A DNA stretch of 64,000 bases, from positions 1,654,961-1,718,960 of the forward strand of contig CAWBOS010000010.1 in the NCBI GenBank assembly GCA_963790475.1, in the 5' to 3' direction. Shown one piece after another: positions 18,024-26,957 of this stretch; position 1 is the stretch's first letter, and the number at the start of each line of letters is the position of its first letter. The stretch comes from an uncultured delta proteobacterium (lineage in GTDB: Bacteria > Desulfobacterota > RBG-13-43-22). Made by a program: the position numbers and the translations under genes. The notes under the pieces are model-generated. The model was not told the origin of the DNA and searched no databases. It was given only the letters and a program-made list of their open reading frames with translations.

Positions 18024-19026
18024 AAAAGTCAAACCAAAAAGGTGCCCATTGAAAGAAATCGTTCAAGAAATCGCCCCGGGCCTATACCGGATCAGCATCC
18101 CCCTGGCCTTTGGGCTCGATTATGTCCATACCTATGCCGCAATTGACCAGGAGCGGGTCGCCCTTTTCGATACCGGGCCCTTAATGCCCTCCAGTTTGTC
18201 CCTATATCAAAAGGCCTTGGCCGGAATCGGGAGATCGATAGAAGATGTAGATCGGATATTCATCACCCATTCCCATGTGGATCACTGCGGGTTCGCCGGA
18301 CAGATCAAAAAGATCTCCGGCGCCCGTATTTTTCTGTCGGAGATTGAATTCGAGGCCATAACCCGTGCCCATCAGGATCAGCCAAAAATCGACACGCTGG
18401 GGCATTTTTGGCGACAATACGGACTGGACGAAAAAACCATTCATACCTTCAGTGCGGTTTTAGACGCCTTTACGATGGCAACCGCCCCATTTACTACGGA
18501 TCATTTTTTAAACGACGAAGAATTCATAAAGTTTGGAAAGCGAACCTTCCAGGTTCTCTTCACCCCCGGCCACACCCGGGGGCATATCTGTTTCTTTCTG
18601 CCGGAAGAGCAGATTCTTCTGGCCGGCGATTGTATTTTGCCGCACATAACACCCAACCTGAGCCCCGACCTCACCTGTCCCTCGTTTCTGCCCCTGGAAA
18701 ATTTTCTAAGCTCGCTGGAGCGGATCGGCGCTTTGCCGGTCCATAAGGTCTATCCCGCCCACGGGGAACCTTTTAATAATCTCAAAGGGAGAGTGGAAGA
18801 AATTATTGAACATCACATTCAACGAAAGGACCTGACCTTACAATCCGTTACCCGGGATTCCCAAATGCCGGCTGAGATATCCAAAAAGATTTTCGGGGAC
18901 TCTCTTTCCGGTTTTGATAGAGGCCTGGCCCTTAATGAAACCTATGTCCATCTCCTGCAATTGGAAAAGGAGGGACGAATTGTAAGGGCAGAAAATGACG
19001 GACTGATATCTTTCAAAAAAATTTAA
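18010..19026 (+). CDS. MBL-fold metallo-hydrolase
   Basis: 338 aa with the HxHxDH motif THSHVDHCG. Overlaps the crotonase stop by 14 nt, which suggests an operon. Confidence 0.85.
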   Translation: MGKNKKVKPKRCPLKEIVQEIAPGLYRISIPLAFGLDYVHTYAAIDQERVALFDTGPLMPSSLSLYQKALAGIGRSIEDVDRIFITHSHVDHCGFAGQIKKISGARIFLSEIEFEAITRAHQDQPKIDTLGHFWRQYGLDEKTIHTFSAVLDAFTMATAPFTTDHFLNDEEFIKFGKRTFQVLFTPGHTRGHICFFLPEEQILLAGDCILPHITPNLSPDLTCPSFLPLENFLSSLERIGALPVHKVYPAHGEPFNNLKGRVEEIIEHHIQRKDLTLQSVTRDSQMPAEISKKIFGDSLSGFDRGLALNETYVHLLQLEKEGRIVRAENDGLISFKKI

Positions 19027-19111
19027 GTCACCGTACTTCCGCCAGAGCCGGGAGGCTTGAAAATATTAGCCCCTCGAAGGGGCTCAAAAACAAAAGCCCA
19101 AACCCATTAAT

Positions 19112-19244
19112 GCCGTCTCCCCGGCGAACCCCGGATCGGGTCCGGGGCAGGCGCCGGGGTCCAGGGGTTTCTCAGGCTATGGAAAGTTTCTGGATTCCGG
19201 CTGGAGTCTATCCCGCACTTGATGCGGGACCGAAATGACGATCC
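19112..19244. repeat. Palindromic intergenic repeat, family A copy 2
   Basis: ..CCCCGGCGAACCCCGGATCGGGTCCGGGG..GGTCCAGGGG.. then CTGGATTCCGGCTGG..GCGGGACCGAAATGACGATC. Same CTGGATTCC...GAAATGACG arm as copies 1 and 3. Confidence 0.7.
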
Positions 19245-19325
19245 AGAGGTTAATTCATTTTAGAAAAATATCTCTGACGGGGTATTGGAAAAATAATTGA
19301 TACTCTTCGGGCCGGTCTATCCCTA

Positions 19326-20726
19326 TTGTTAACAGGCCACACTACAGTGTTGAGGAGATTAATATTGTCACATTGGGCCTATGATTCGGTTTTCTATCAC
19401 ATTTACCCGCTCGGATTTTGCGGCGCTCCGCCTGAGAATGACTTTTCCTCCCCGGCCGATCACCGTCTGGAACTGCTCTACGACTGGCTGGGGCATTTAC
19501 AGAATTTAGGCGTCAATGCCCTGTACTTGGGGCCGTTATTTGAAGCCAGCGCTCACGGTTATGATACGGCCGACTATTTCCAGGTGGATCGTCGCCTGGG
19601 AAACAATGAAATGTTATCACGCCTGAGCGCCGTTCTCCACCGGAAGAATATTCGCCTGATCCTGGACGGGGTCTTCAATCATGTGGGAAGAGATTTTTGG
19701 GCCTTCCGTGATGTCCTGAAGAACCACCCTCAGTCCGCTTATTGCGACTGGTTCCAGGGACTTGATTTCCACAAACACAGCCCCTATAACGATCCCTTTA
19801 CCTACGAGGCCTGGAACGGACATCATAACCTGGTCAAGCTCAACCTAAGCAGCCCTGCGGTTAAGGGTCACCTCTTCCAGGCGGTGGATATGTGGATTCG
19901 TGAATTTGCCATCGACGGCCTGAGATTGGATGTAGCCGATTGCCTTGACCTCTCTTTTCTAAAGGAGCTATCGGCCTTTTGTAAAAGTCGCCGTTCCGAT
20001 TTCTGGTTAGTGGGAGAGGTGATTCACGGTGACTACCGAAAATGGGTCAACCCGGAAACCCTGGATTCGGTCACCAACTACGTCGGATTCAAGGGTTTGT
20101 ACTCAAGCCATGTGGACAAAAATTATTTTGAACTGGCCCATACCCTGAATCGCCAGTTTGGAGAAAAGGGGATGTATCGGAATCTTCCCCTCTACTCTTT
20201 TGCCGATAACCATGATGTTAATCGTGTGGCCAGCCAGCTCAAAAACCCGGCCCATCTCTACCCGCTCTACAGCCTGTTGTTTACCATGCCGGGTGTCCCT
20301 TCGATCTATTATGGAAGTGAATGGGGCATCGAAGGGAAGAGAACCAGCAGAACGGACCAGGCCCTTCGGCCACGTCTTGACTATTCCCAGATCTCTAAGA
20401 ACAGCCCGCACCCTGATTTGCCCGGAGTCATAAGTCGCCTGGCTCAAATCCGGCACCAATCCGAAGCCTTGCGCTACGGTAATTATCGCCCGCTTTTGGT
20501 CAAATCCGAGCAATTGGCCTTTGCCCGGCAAACACAGGAGGAGTATGTAATTGTGGCCGTCAACGCTGCAGACAAACCGGTTCCTATTGAATTACCGGTC
20601 CCGGTGAGCGGGAAGAAGCAGTTGATTGATCTTCTGAACAAAGGCGACCATTTCCCGATCCATGGGGGAAAAGCACGCATCCCTGCTTTAAATCCCTGTT
20701 GGGCGCGGATCATGACCGTCAAGTAG
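19326..20726 (+). CDS. GH13 alpha-amylase-family glycoside hydrolase
   Basis: All four GH13 regions are present: DGVFNHVG, GLRLDVAD, WLVGEVIH and FADNHDVNR. The start is uncertain (TTG in the track). Confidence 0.9.
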   Translation: MLTGHTTVLRRLILSHWAYDSVFYHIYPLGFCGAPPENDFSSPADHRLELLYDWLGHLQNLGVNALYLGPLFEASAHGYDTADYFQVDRRLGNNEMLSRLSAVLHRKNIRLILDGVFNHVGRDFWAFRDVLKNHPQSAYCDWFQGLDFHKHSPYNDPFTYEAWNGHHNLVKLNLSSPAVKGHLFQAVDMWIREFAIDGLRLDVADCLDLSFLKELSAFCKSRRSDFWLVGEVIHGDYRKWVNPETLDSVTNYVGFKGLYSSHVDKNYFELAHTLNRQFGEKGMYRNLPLYSFADNHDVNRVASQLKNPAHLYPLYSLLFTMPGVPSIYYGSEWGIEGKRTSRTDQALRPRLDYSQISKNSPHPDLPGVISRLAQIRHQSEALRYGNYRPLLVKSEQLAFARQTQEEYVIVAVNAADKPVPIELPVPVSGKKQLIDLLNKGDHFPIHGGKARIPALNPCWARIMTVK

Positions 20727-20796
20727 CCGGCAGACTTGTGGATTTTACATGCTATTGAAATGAGGAATTATTGGCTGAGTAACTATCTTACTATTT

Positions 20797-23281
20797 TTAG
20801 CGACAACTCCAAACCCTATAAAGCCCCACGGCCCATTCCATTAACGCCTTCTCGGCAATCGTCGGATCACTCAACTCTCGGTCCTGGTGGGCTACGTATT
20901 CATTTCTAAAGGTGTAGATGGTATCTGCCACCTGAAATAAATCAGTTTGCGACAGGCCGGAAAATTTTTCCCGGACCGTTTCAAAAACGCCACCAACCCT
21001 TCGTTGTGTAGTCCGAGTATATTCCAGACACCAGCGTAGAAGTCCTATAGGCATCAACCCGTTTTGATCAACGAGAGTCCTTTCCAGGTTGGTTGCCTGG
21101 CGTTTATGAAAGTTGGCTTCCCCAACAGGCAATTCACTCAGATCAAGATGAAAAAAATCGTAGCGTCTATTTCGATCAGACGGGATTTCTTCCTGCAATT
21201 GCCTCAAGATCAGGGCCTTGGCTGCTTCATCCATTGGGCCGAGAAGGGGAGTAAAAACCGGGGCGAAAGAAATTACTTTTTTCTTTTTTAGAAATTGAAA
21301 CAAAGCTAGGGGCATTTGGATCCTCATCTTTTCCACAATTTCATTGGCAAAAAGATGCCGTCCTTCATATTGAATTTCCGCGGACTTTGTTCCCCCTAAA
21401 GGCAGCGGTTCATATTTGGAGAATTCCTTTCGAATATCCCTTATCGTCATATTTTCCAGCCTGGGAATCCGGCTGTGCCCCGGAGAAATGGACGGCAGAA
21501 GAATATTGAGTTTTTTTACTTCCTTATTCTCCCGATCCGGGAAAATGGTCACTGTACTCTTAGGAACCTTTTCCACGTCCACCACTTCGATGATCAGACC
21601 TTCTTGGCTGAGTTCCTGTTGATAGAGACTCACAAAGGCGTTATGTTCGACTACGGTAACTAATTCCGAGGCCCCTCCGACGGACGGCGTCATTCGTCGC
21701 AAACCCCTTCCGACGGTCTGTTCCGGCAAGATATTAGCCTTGGAGGTATAAGGGCGAAGGGGAACAATGGTGGTCACGTTCTTGACGTCCCATCCCTCCC
21801 GAAGCATAAGGACCGAGACAATGCACTGATAAGGACTTTTGCCCGAATCCAGGTCACGAGAAAGCTCCCGTAAGATGGAGAGATTCTCTTCGCTGATTTC
21901 TTTCTCGCTCTCCACAAAAACCGGATAGCCTTTCTTCTTTCCCCCGACCCATCTGATGGTTCCTTTCAGGTTGGTATGAAGGTTGATCGTTTTGCCGTTT
22001 AACTCCAAAAACAGGGGATCGGAATTCAGCCGCTTGGTGATCTGGTCGGCCGCTTCGGTATCCTCGCTCATAACAAAAAGCAACGGCTTTTTATCGCTTT
22101 TAATCCATTCTTCTTTAGACTTCAGCCACCGTTGGTAACCCATCATCAGATGTTGTTCAAATTTCTTCGAGGCATCTTTGCTTGGGGTTTCCGAAAGACC
22201 TTCTCTCCGGCCGATAATCGGGGTCTTGACAATGCCGCCGTCAACCGCCTCGCCCAGAGGGGCATCGCAAATAACGTGCTGAAAGATACGGCCATGATTG
22301 TCCTTAGGCGTGGCCGAAAAATCCAATTGGGCCGCCAGCCCTCCGCCGGTCCTGTTATTAATTTCCCGTTGCAGAAATCCGACCGCTTCATTCCAGGCCG
22401 AGCCCGGGTCCCAGAGGTGGTGGGCTTCATCATTTAAGACCATAACCCTTTCATGGGCCGTAATCTGCTGACGAAGGGCCTTTCCGGTATCCAGGGCGCT
22501 TCCTTTGGAGACCTCTGGTCCCATCCATCCATAGGTTTCGGCCTCTTTCCGGGCCTTCCTTTTTCCCGGGTCATAAAGGCGGTGGATATTGGTAAGATAA
22601 AGAGTTCCCCCTGTGGCCGCACCACCCGGGGAATCCTGAAGGACCACGGTCAGATTAAAATCTCCTTTCCAGGCCACCGGGATCAATGGATCGCTGTCAA
22701 AGATACGACCATTTCCAAAGTCTTCCTTAAGCCGTTCAAAGACCGTCAGGTTGGGGGCAATTACCACAAAATGTCTGGCCAAAGGGGAATCGCTTTCCCG
22801 TAGAGAATGGAAGTAACTCCAGACAATGGCCAGGCTCATGACCTTGGTTTTCCCGGCACCAGTAGCGAGTTTGAAGGCGTACCTGAGCCATTGGTCCTCG
22901 GCCGGATTGACCCCCAGGGCAGCCGTCTCCCGATCTTCTCCGCCAAATTCGGAAATGACTGATGACAGGCTCTTTAGTCCACGGACTTCATAAAGATAAA
23001 TAAAAGTTTCAATAGCCTCCCGTTGACAAAAATAATATTTAAAAGGAATGCGTTCTCCGGCAGGATTCTCAAAAATATGGTCCCGCTCAAACCAATGATA
23101 TAACAGTTCCCGGGTGGTATCCGAGGCCCCGGCATAATCCGTTTCCCGCCAATCCTTGACGAATGATCGAAGGTTGTTGGCAATGACTATGGAGGAAGGT
23201 CGTCGGCTTTTGACAACCTTGGCCGGTTGTCCGGACTTTCGGCCCGAACACGGTGGAAATTCGGTTCTTCATGAGAGGCAT
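20797..23281 (-). pseudogene. SF2 DEAD/DEAH helicase of type III restriction Res type with a HEPN-like C-terminal tail; the N-terminal part is out of frame
   Basis: Walker A (LATGAGKTKV) lies upstream of the tracked ATG in the same frame (22840-22870). That frame has no start codon before the TGA at 23269-23271. The only start is ATG 23279-23281 in another frame (MPLMKNRIST..). Also present: DEAH box VLNDEAHHLWD, motif VI QTVGRGLRR, and a C-terminal RNEYVAH motif. Confidence 0.6.
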
Positions 23282-23363
23282 AAAGGTTCAAGGGCAGCGG
23301 GATTAATGATGGGGCTGGGCATTGACATCTCCCTTTTCAGAGAAAACCGAATCGCTTTAAGGT

Positions 23364-23813
23364 TTAAATCGACGCTGAGATCAGGGATTCGCCCTGGAGG
23401 GCGAGAAATTCTTTTGCGCTGACAATTTTAATCTGTCCGACTTCATTAAGGTCAAGCAGGTGTTTATCCCCGGAGACAACAATTGGGGCCTTAGCTTCTA
23501 AGGCAAGTTCAAGAAAAATGGCATCTTCCTGATCCTCGATTTTGATCCGTTTGGCTTTGGCTGCTGACCGTCTGGAAATAGCATAGAATTTGCTTTCAAG
23601 AATTAGGGTTTCAATAAGAGTCTCGGGGTTTCCTCCACTTTTCTCAAGAATTTTTCTGAATTTTTTTCTCCGGATAACCCTTTCAAATTCCTCTATGGTC
23701 GATTGGCTCTGAACCAAGGAGTGCTTCTCCAGAATAATTTTCAAAGCCTGAGAAGGGGGGCCTTTCCACAAAACGGCTGAAACCAACACATTGGTATCAA
23801 CGACGATGTTCAT
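23364..23813 (-). CDS. PIN-domain toxin (VapC-like)
   Basis: 149 aa with MNIVVDTNVLVSAV at the N-terminus and ..EDQEDAIFLELALEAKAPIVVSGDKHLL near the C-terminus. Confidence 0.85.
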   Translation of the reverse strand: MNIVVDTNVLVSAVLWKGPPSQALKIILEKHSLVQSQSTIEEFERVIRRKKFRKILEKSGGNPETLIETLILESKFYAISRRSAAKAKRIKIEDQEDAIFLELALEAKAPIVVSGDKHLLDLNEVGQIKIVSAKEFLALQGESLISASI

Positions 23814-24033
23814 TCTCTTTCCTTGCCTTGTGGATTTCCTTGTTTATTTCTTCCATGGTCATAAAATCTTCATCCGGTTCGGCAGAAAAATCCAAAAGAG
23901 AATGAGGTTTTTTGATGATCAGGCTGTTTCCTTCTATGATGGCAATAAATTTCTTTCGCCTCCCCAACCACTTTCTCAAGATTGAATTGGTTTTTAGAGT
24001 CTGTCCGTCCGAATAGATAACAGTAGTTTGCAT
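23797..24033 (-). CDS. Putative cognate antitoxin of the PIN toxin (fold uncertain, possibly AbrB/SpoVT-like)
   Basis: 78 aa. It overlaps the PIN gene start by 17 nt, the classic toxin-antitoxin arrangement. Sequence similarity to AbrB-type antitoxins is only weak by eye. Confidence 0.55.
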   Translation of the reverse strand: MQTTVIYSDGQTLKTNSILRKWLGRRKKFIAIIEGNSLIIKKPHSLLDFSAEPDEDFMTMEEINKEIHKARKENEHRR

Positions 24034-24740
24034 TTTATGTCCTCCTTGGGTTTTCCCCTTTTGCCCTTTTTGATATTATACCTCAATTTCAAATGATGCT
24101 CAAAGGGCTTGCCTTCCTGCCAGTTGAAGTCCACGGCCCAAAAGTCAATGAAATCAAAACCGCTTTTAATGGCCCGTTCTTTGAGCACTGCCAGTTCCTT
24201 GCTCGGCACCTCGGCCAGACTGGGAATAAATTTTTTTAACTTAATATCCAAACGACGTTTCCCCTCTTTGGTACTGTAAACCGGCTCGGCTTCCAAAACG
24301 GCCATTTCCAGAAAAGGCGGGGGATTGGTACGACTTTTCTCCATGATCTCCCGAGGGATGGGGATCAGCTTGATCTTGACCCCTTCCGCGGCCTCCAGTT
24401 CATGGCAGATCAACCTGAGGTCCATCTCAAATTCCCAGGCCAAGCAATGGATTTCTTTCGCCCCGGCCTCATGGGCCGCCTTGACCACCGGGCTCAACTC
24501 ATTTCTTGAGAAAATACTGTCTATCCCACCCGCATGGACAAAGGCCTGCCCTTTACGCCCATGAATCAAGCCATTAGTATTGGGCAACAGCTCGGCCCGG
24601 TAGAATTCCAAAACCCCTAAAGGCAGGGCGGCATACCCGGCCCCGGTCATACTGGTGCCCAGGTCGCGAAAGGCCAGCATATCCGCATACCAAAAGTACT
24701 TGGCCCATAAAGCATTTTGTCCGTTTTCCGGAGAAGAATG
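23994..24740 (-). pseudogene. Fragment of an R-M-associated (probably DNA methyltransferase-like) gene lacking its N-terminal part
   Basis: The frame is open upstream of the tracked ATG (..PENGQNALWAKYFWYAD-MLAFRDLG..) back to a TGA at 24741-24743, with no start codon. No SAM-binding or catalytic motifs are visible. The 3' end runs into the vapB gene. The family call rests on context next to Res and on recollection of similar C-terminal regions. Confidence 0.4.
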
Positions 24741-24777
24741 TCATAGAAATCAATGATTCAAACCTAATACACTTCAA

Positions 24778-25119
24778 TCATAAATTCAAAAGAATCCGAA
24801 GACGATCTTCCACAGCGGCCATTGCTTGCTGGGAAACCAGGCCCAACCGCTTGGAAAGCCTGTCTTTGGAGACGGAACGAATATCTTCACATTTGATGAA
24901 GCTTCGTTTAAGAAGTCCTCCATCGGAAATTTCAATGGGAACATGGAAGGGTATCCCTTTTTCCTTTGAGGTGATGGGCATAACTACAATAAGCTCAGCC
25001 GGGCCCTGGTTAAACAGATCTACAGAGACAATAAGGGCAGGCCTTCTTCCGAATGGCTCGCGCCCCCGCGTGGGATTCAAATCAACCAACCAGACTTCTC
25101 CCCGTCGTGGTTCTGCCAT
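24778..25119 (-). CDS. mazF: Type II toxin, MazF/PemK family endoribonuclease
   Basis: 113 aa with RGEVWLVDLNPTRGREPFGRRPALIVS...VMPITS. Confidence 0.9.
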   Translation of the reverse strand: MAEPRRGEVWLVDLNPTRGREPFGRRPALIVSVDLFNQGPAELIVVMPITSKEKGIPFHVPIEISDGGLLKRSFIKCEDIRSVSKDRLSKRLGLVSQQAMAAVEDRLRILLNL

Positions 25120-25123
25120 ATTG

Positions 25124-25369
25124 TTAGTCCCTTTGACTATCGGACAAGGTGGCTTCCCACTGTTTTCTTTCTTCCAGCTCCGCCTTCCAATTCTTGGAGT
25201 TTTCTTTTAATACCAAATAAGCCTTGTTGGCTTCTTGAAGAAAACGATGGCGACGGTACTCCTCAATCGCCGCATCCAGGACGGTTTGAAGCGATTTCCT
25301 CTCCTGCGCGGCTATCTCCCGCAGAATATTGCTGGATTCTTTACTTATTCGAATGGTTGAACTTGACAT
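25124..25369 (-). CDS. Antitoxin partner of MazF (RHH-like)
   Basis: 81 aa, 4 nt upstream of mazF. STIRISKESSNILREIAAQERKSLQTVLDAAIEEY looks RHH-like. Confidence 0.7.
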   Translation of the reverse strand: MSSSTIRISKESSNILREIAAQERKSLQTVLDAAIEEYRRHRFLQEANKAYLVLKENSKNWKAELEERKQWEATLSDSQRD

Positions 25370-25780
25370 GGTCTCTCCTTACCCAGATATCGGTTACATA
25401 TGTGTATACAAAAAAGTAACCGAAATTTCAACCTATTTCTTGAGAGGGCATTTTTTAGATCAGGGATTTTTTAAAGTCAAAACCCAAGATTCCGGAGGAT
25501 GGATTTTGAGCCTTGTCTGTTTCCCGCGCCTCTTCCTCCAGAGTATTCAATTCCTCCACGATCTCGGCCATGGCCGGTATTCCTCCTCTTCAGCGAGGTA
25601 GAAATAAAGACAGGGAGAAATATTTAGGGTCCTATATATCCCCCCGGCAATCGGCCCAATCTCCTTAGATTTTTTTCCCTCCACTGTTTTTTCTTCTTTT
25701 TTTCCCTTTGATCGTAATCTTATCTTATTCTATACTCCACCATCAAAGGATATTTTCTATCTGATAGGGAGGAGGAGCCA

Positions 25781-26680
25781 ATGGAAGCGATCTGGCAGTG
25801 GGGCATCAACCTCATCATGACCATACAACAGGTCCACGGGCCGGTGCCGGACAGCATCTTCCGTGGGATAACTTTCCTGGGCGAGGAGCAGTTCTACCTC
25901 CTCTTTCTGCCTCTGATACTGTGGTGCTTCGATTACAGCTTTGGCGCCCTCCTGGCTGTCTTTTTTCTGCTCTCAAGCTCTCTCAATGTCATGTTGAAAG
26001 ATTTGCTGCAGCAGCCTCGTCCCTTCGACCTCAATCCCGGCCTGAAGCTGTCCCAGGCAACGGGATATGGCCTGCCCAGCGGACACGCGCAGCTAACAGT
26101 CACGGTTTGGGGCGCCATTGCCGACAGGGTGAAAAGGCCCTGGTTCTGGTCGTTGACGGTGGTGTTGTTGCTGCTGATAGGATTCTCCCGTGTTTACCTG
26201 GGTGTACATTTTCCAACAGATGTGCTGGCCGGATGGATTATTGCCGCACTATTGCTGGCTTTTTACATCAGGTTCAGCTCCCGGATGGGGAAGTGGTTGG
26301 CCGACCGGCACTTGGGACTTCAACTTCTACTGGCCGCAGGCGTGCCCGTTTTGCTGCTTGTGCCCAATCCCTCCCTGGAGGGACTCACCATCTCGGGCAC
26401 GTTGTTCGGGGTGGGTGTTGGTTTGGTATTTGCGCGCCGTTACGTGCCTTTCAGCGCCCGGGGACGCTGGTGGAAACGCCTGGTTCGTTTTCTGGTCGGT
26501 ATCATGGTGCTGTTGGCGCTTTACCTGGGGCTTAAGGCCATGTTCCCGGCTGATGGGTCAGTGGCCGGGGCAATAGGCCGTTTCCTGCGCTATGCGCTGA
26601 TAGGCGGTTGGCTGGTCATCGGCGCCCCCTGGCTTTTCCGGCTGCTGCGCCTGGCGGAGGCCTGCCGTTCAATCCCTTAG
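25781..26680 (+). CDS. PAP2-family phosphatase (membrane)
   Basis: 299 aa with the PAP2 motifs KDLLQQPRP, PSGHAQ and SRVYLGVHFPTDV. Visibly more GC-rich than its flanks. Confidence 0.85.
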   Translation: MEAIWQWGINLIMTIQQVHGPVPDSIFRGITFLGEEQFYLLFLPLILWCFDYSFGALLAVFFLLSSSLNVMLKDLLQQPRPFDLNPGLKLSQATGYGLPSGHAQLTVTVWGAIADRVKRPWFWSLTVVLLLLIGFSRVYLGVHFPTDVLAGWIIAALLLAFYIRFSSRMGKWLADRHLGLQLLLAAGVPVLLLVPNPSLEGLTISGTLFGVGVGLVFARRYVPFSARGRWWKRLVRFLVGIMVLLALYLGLKAMFPADGSVAGAIGRFLRYALIGGWLVIGAPWLFRLLRLAEACRSIP

Positions 26681-26862
26681 AGTCGATGGCCGACACAACC
26701 TCTCATATCCTTAACTGGAGAAAACAAACAATTTAAAGCAGATCCATTAGTAAAATTCAATCTCCACTATCTCTGTCAATACCAAAGATTTCATAAGTCC
26801 CTCATTCAAATTTTGACCTGCCAACTAATTTTTTTATCAAAAAAAGTCTTTTTTAAAAATAA

Positions 26863-26918
26863 CTTGACTTTTACTTGAGAATAGGTAATGTAATATTACA
26901 ATCATATTTTTATACTAT
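26863..26918 (+). promoter_or_regulatory. Promoter/operator block upstream of the CoA ligase (copy 2 of the shared 56-nt motif)
   Basis: TTGACT, a 17-nt spacer and an AT-rich -10. Contains the perfect palindrome GTAATATTAC and GGTAA-N7-TTAC. 44/56 identical to 16637-16692. Confidence 0.55.
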
Positions 26919-26957
26919 AATAACAAATAACCAAAAGAACGCGGAGGTTTTCTATCT

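Noticed and set aside
25798-26535. 245-codon ORF in an alternative frame of the PAP2 gene (plus a 128-codon one at 26190-26576).
   Set aside because: These are Arg/Gly/Pro/Ala-rich translations, typical of off-frame ORFs in GC-rich genes. The PAP2 frame carries all the family motifs.
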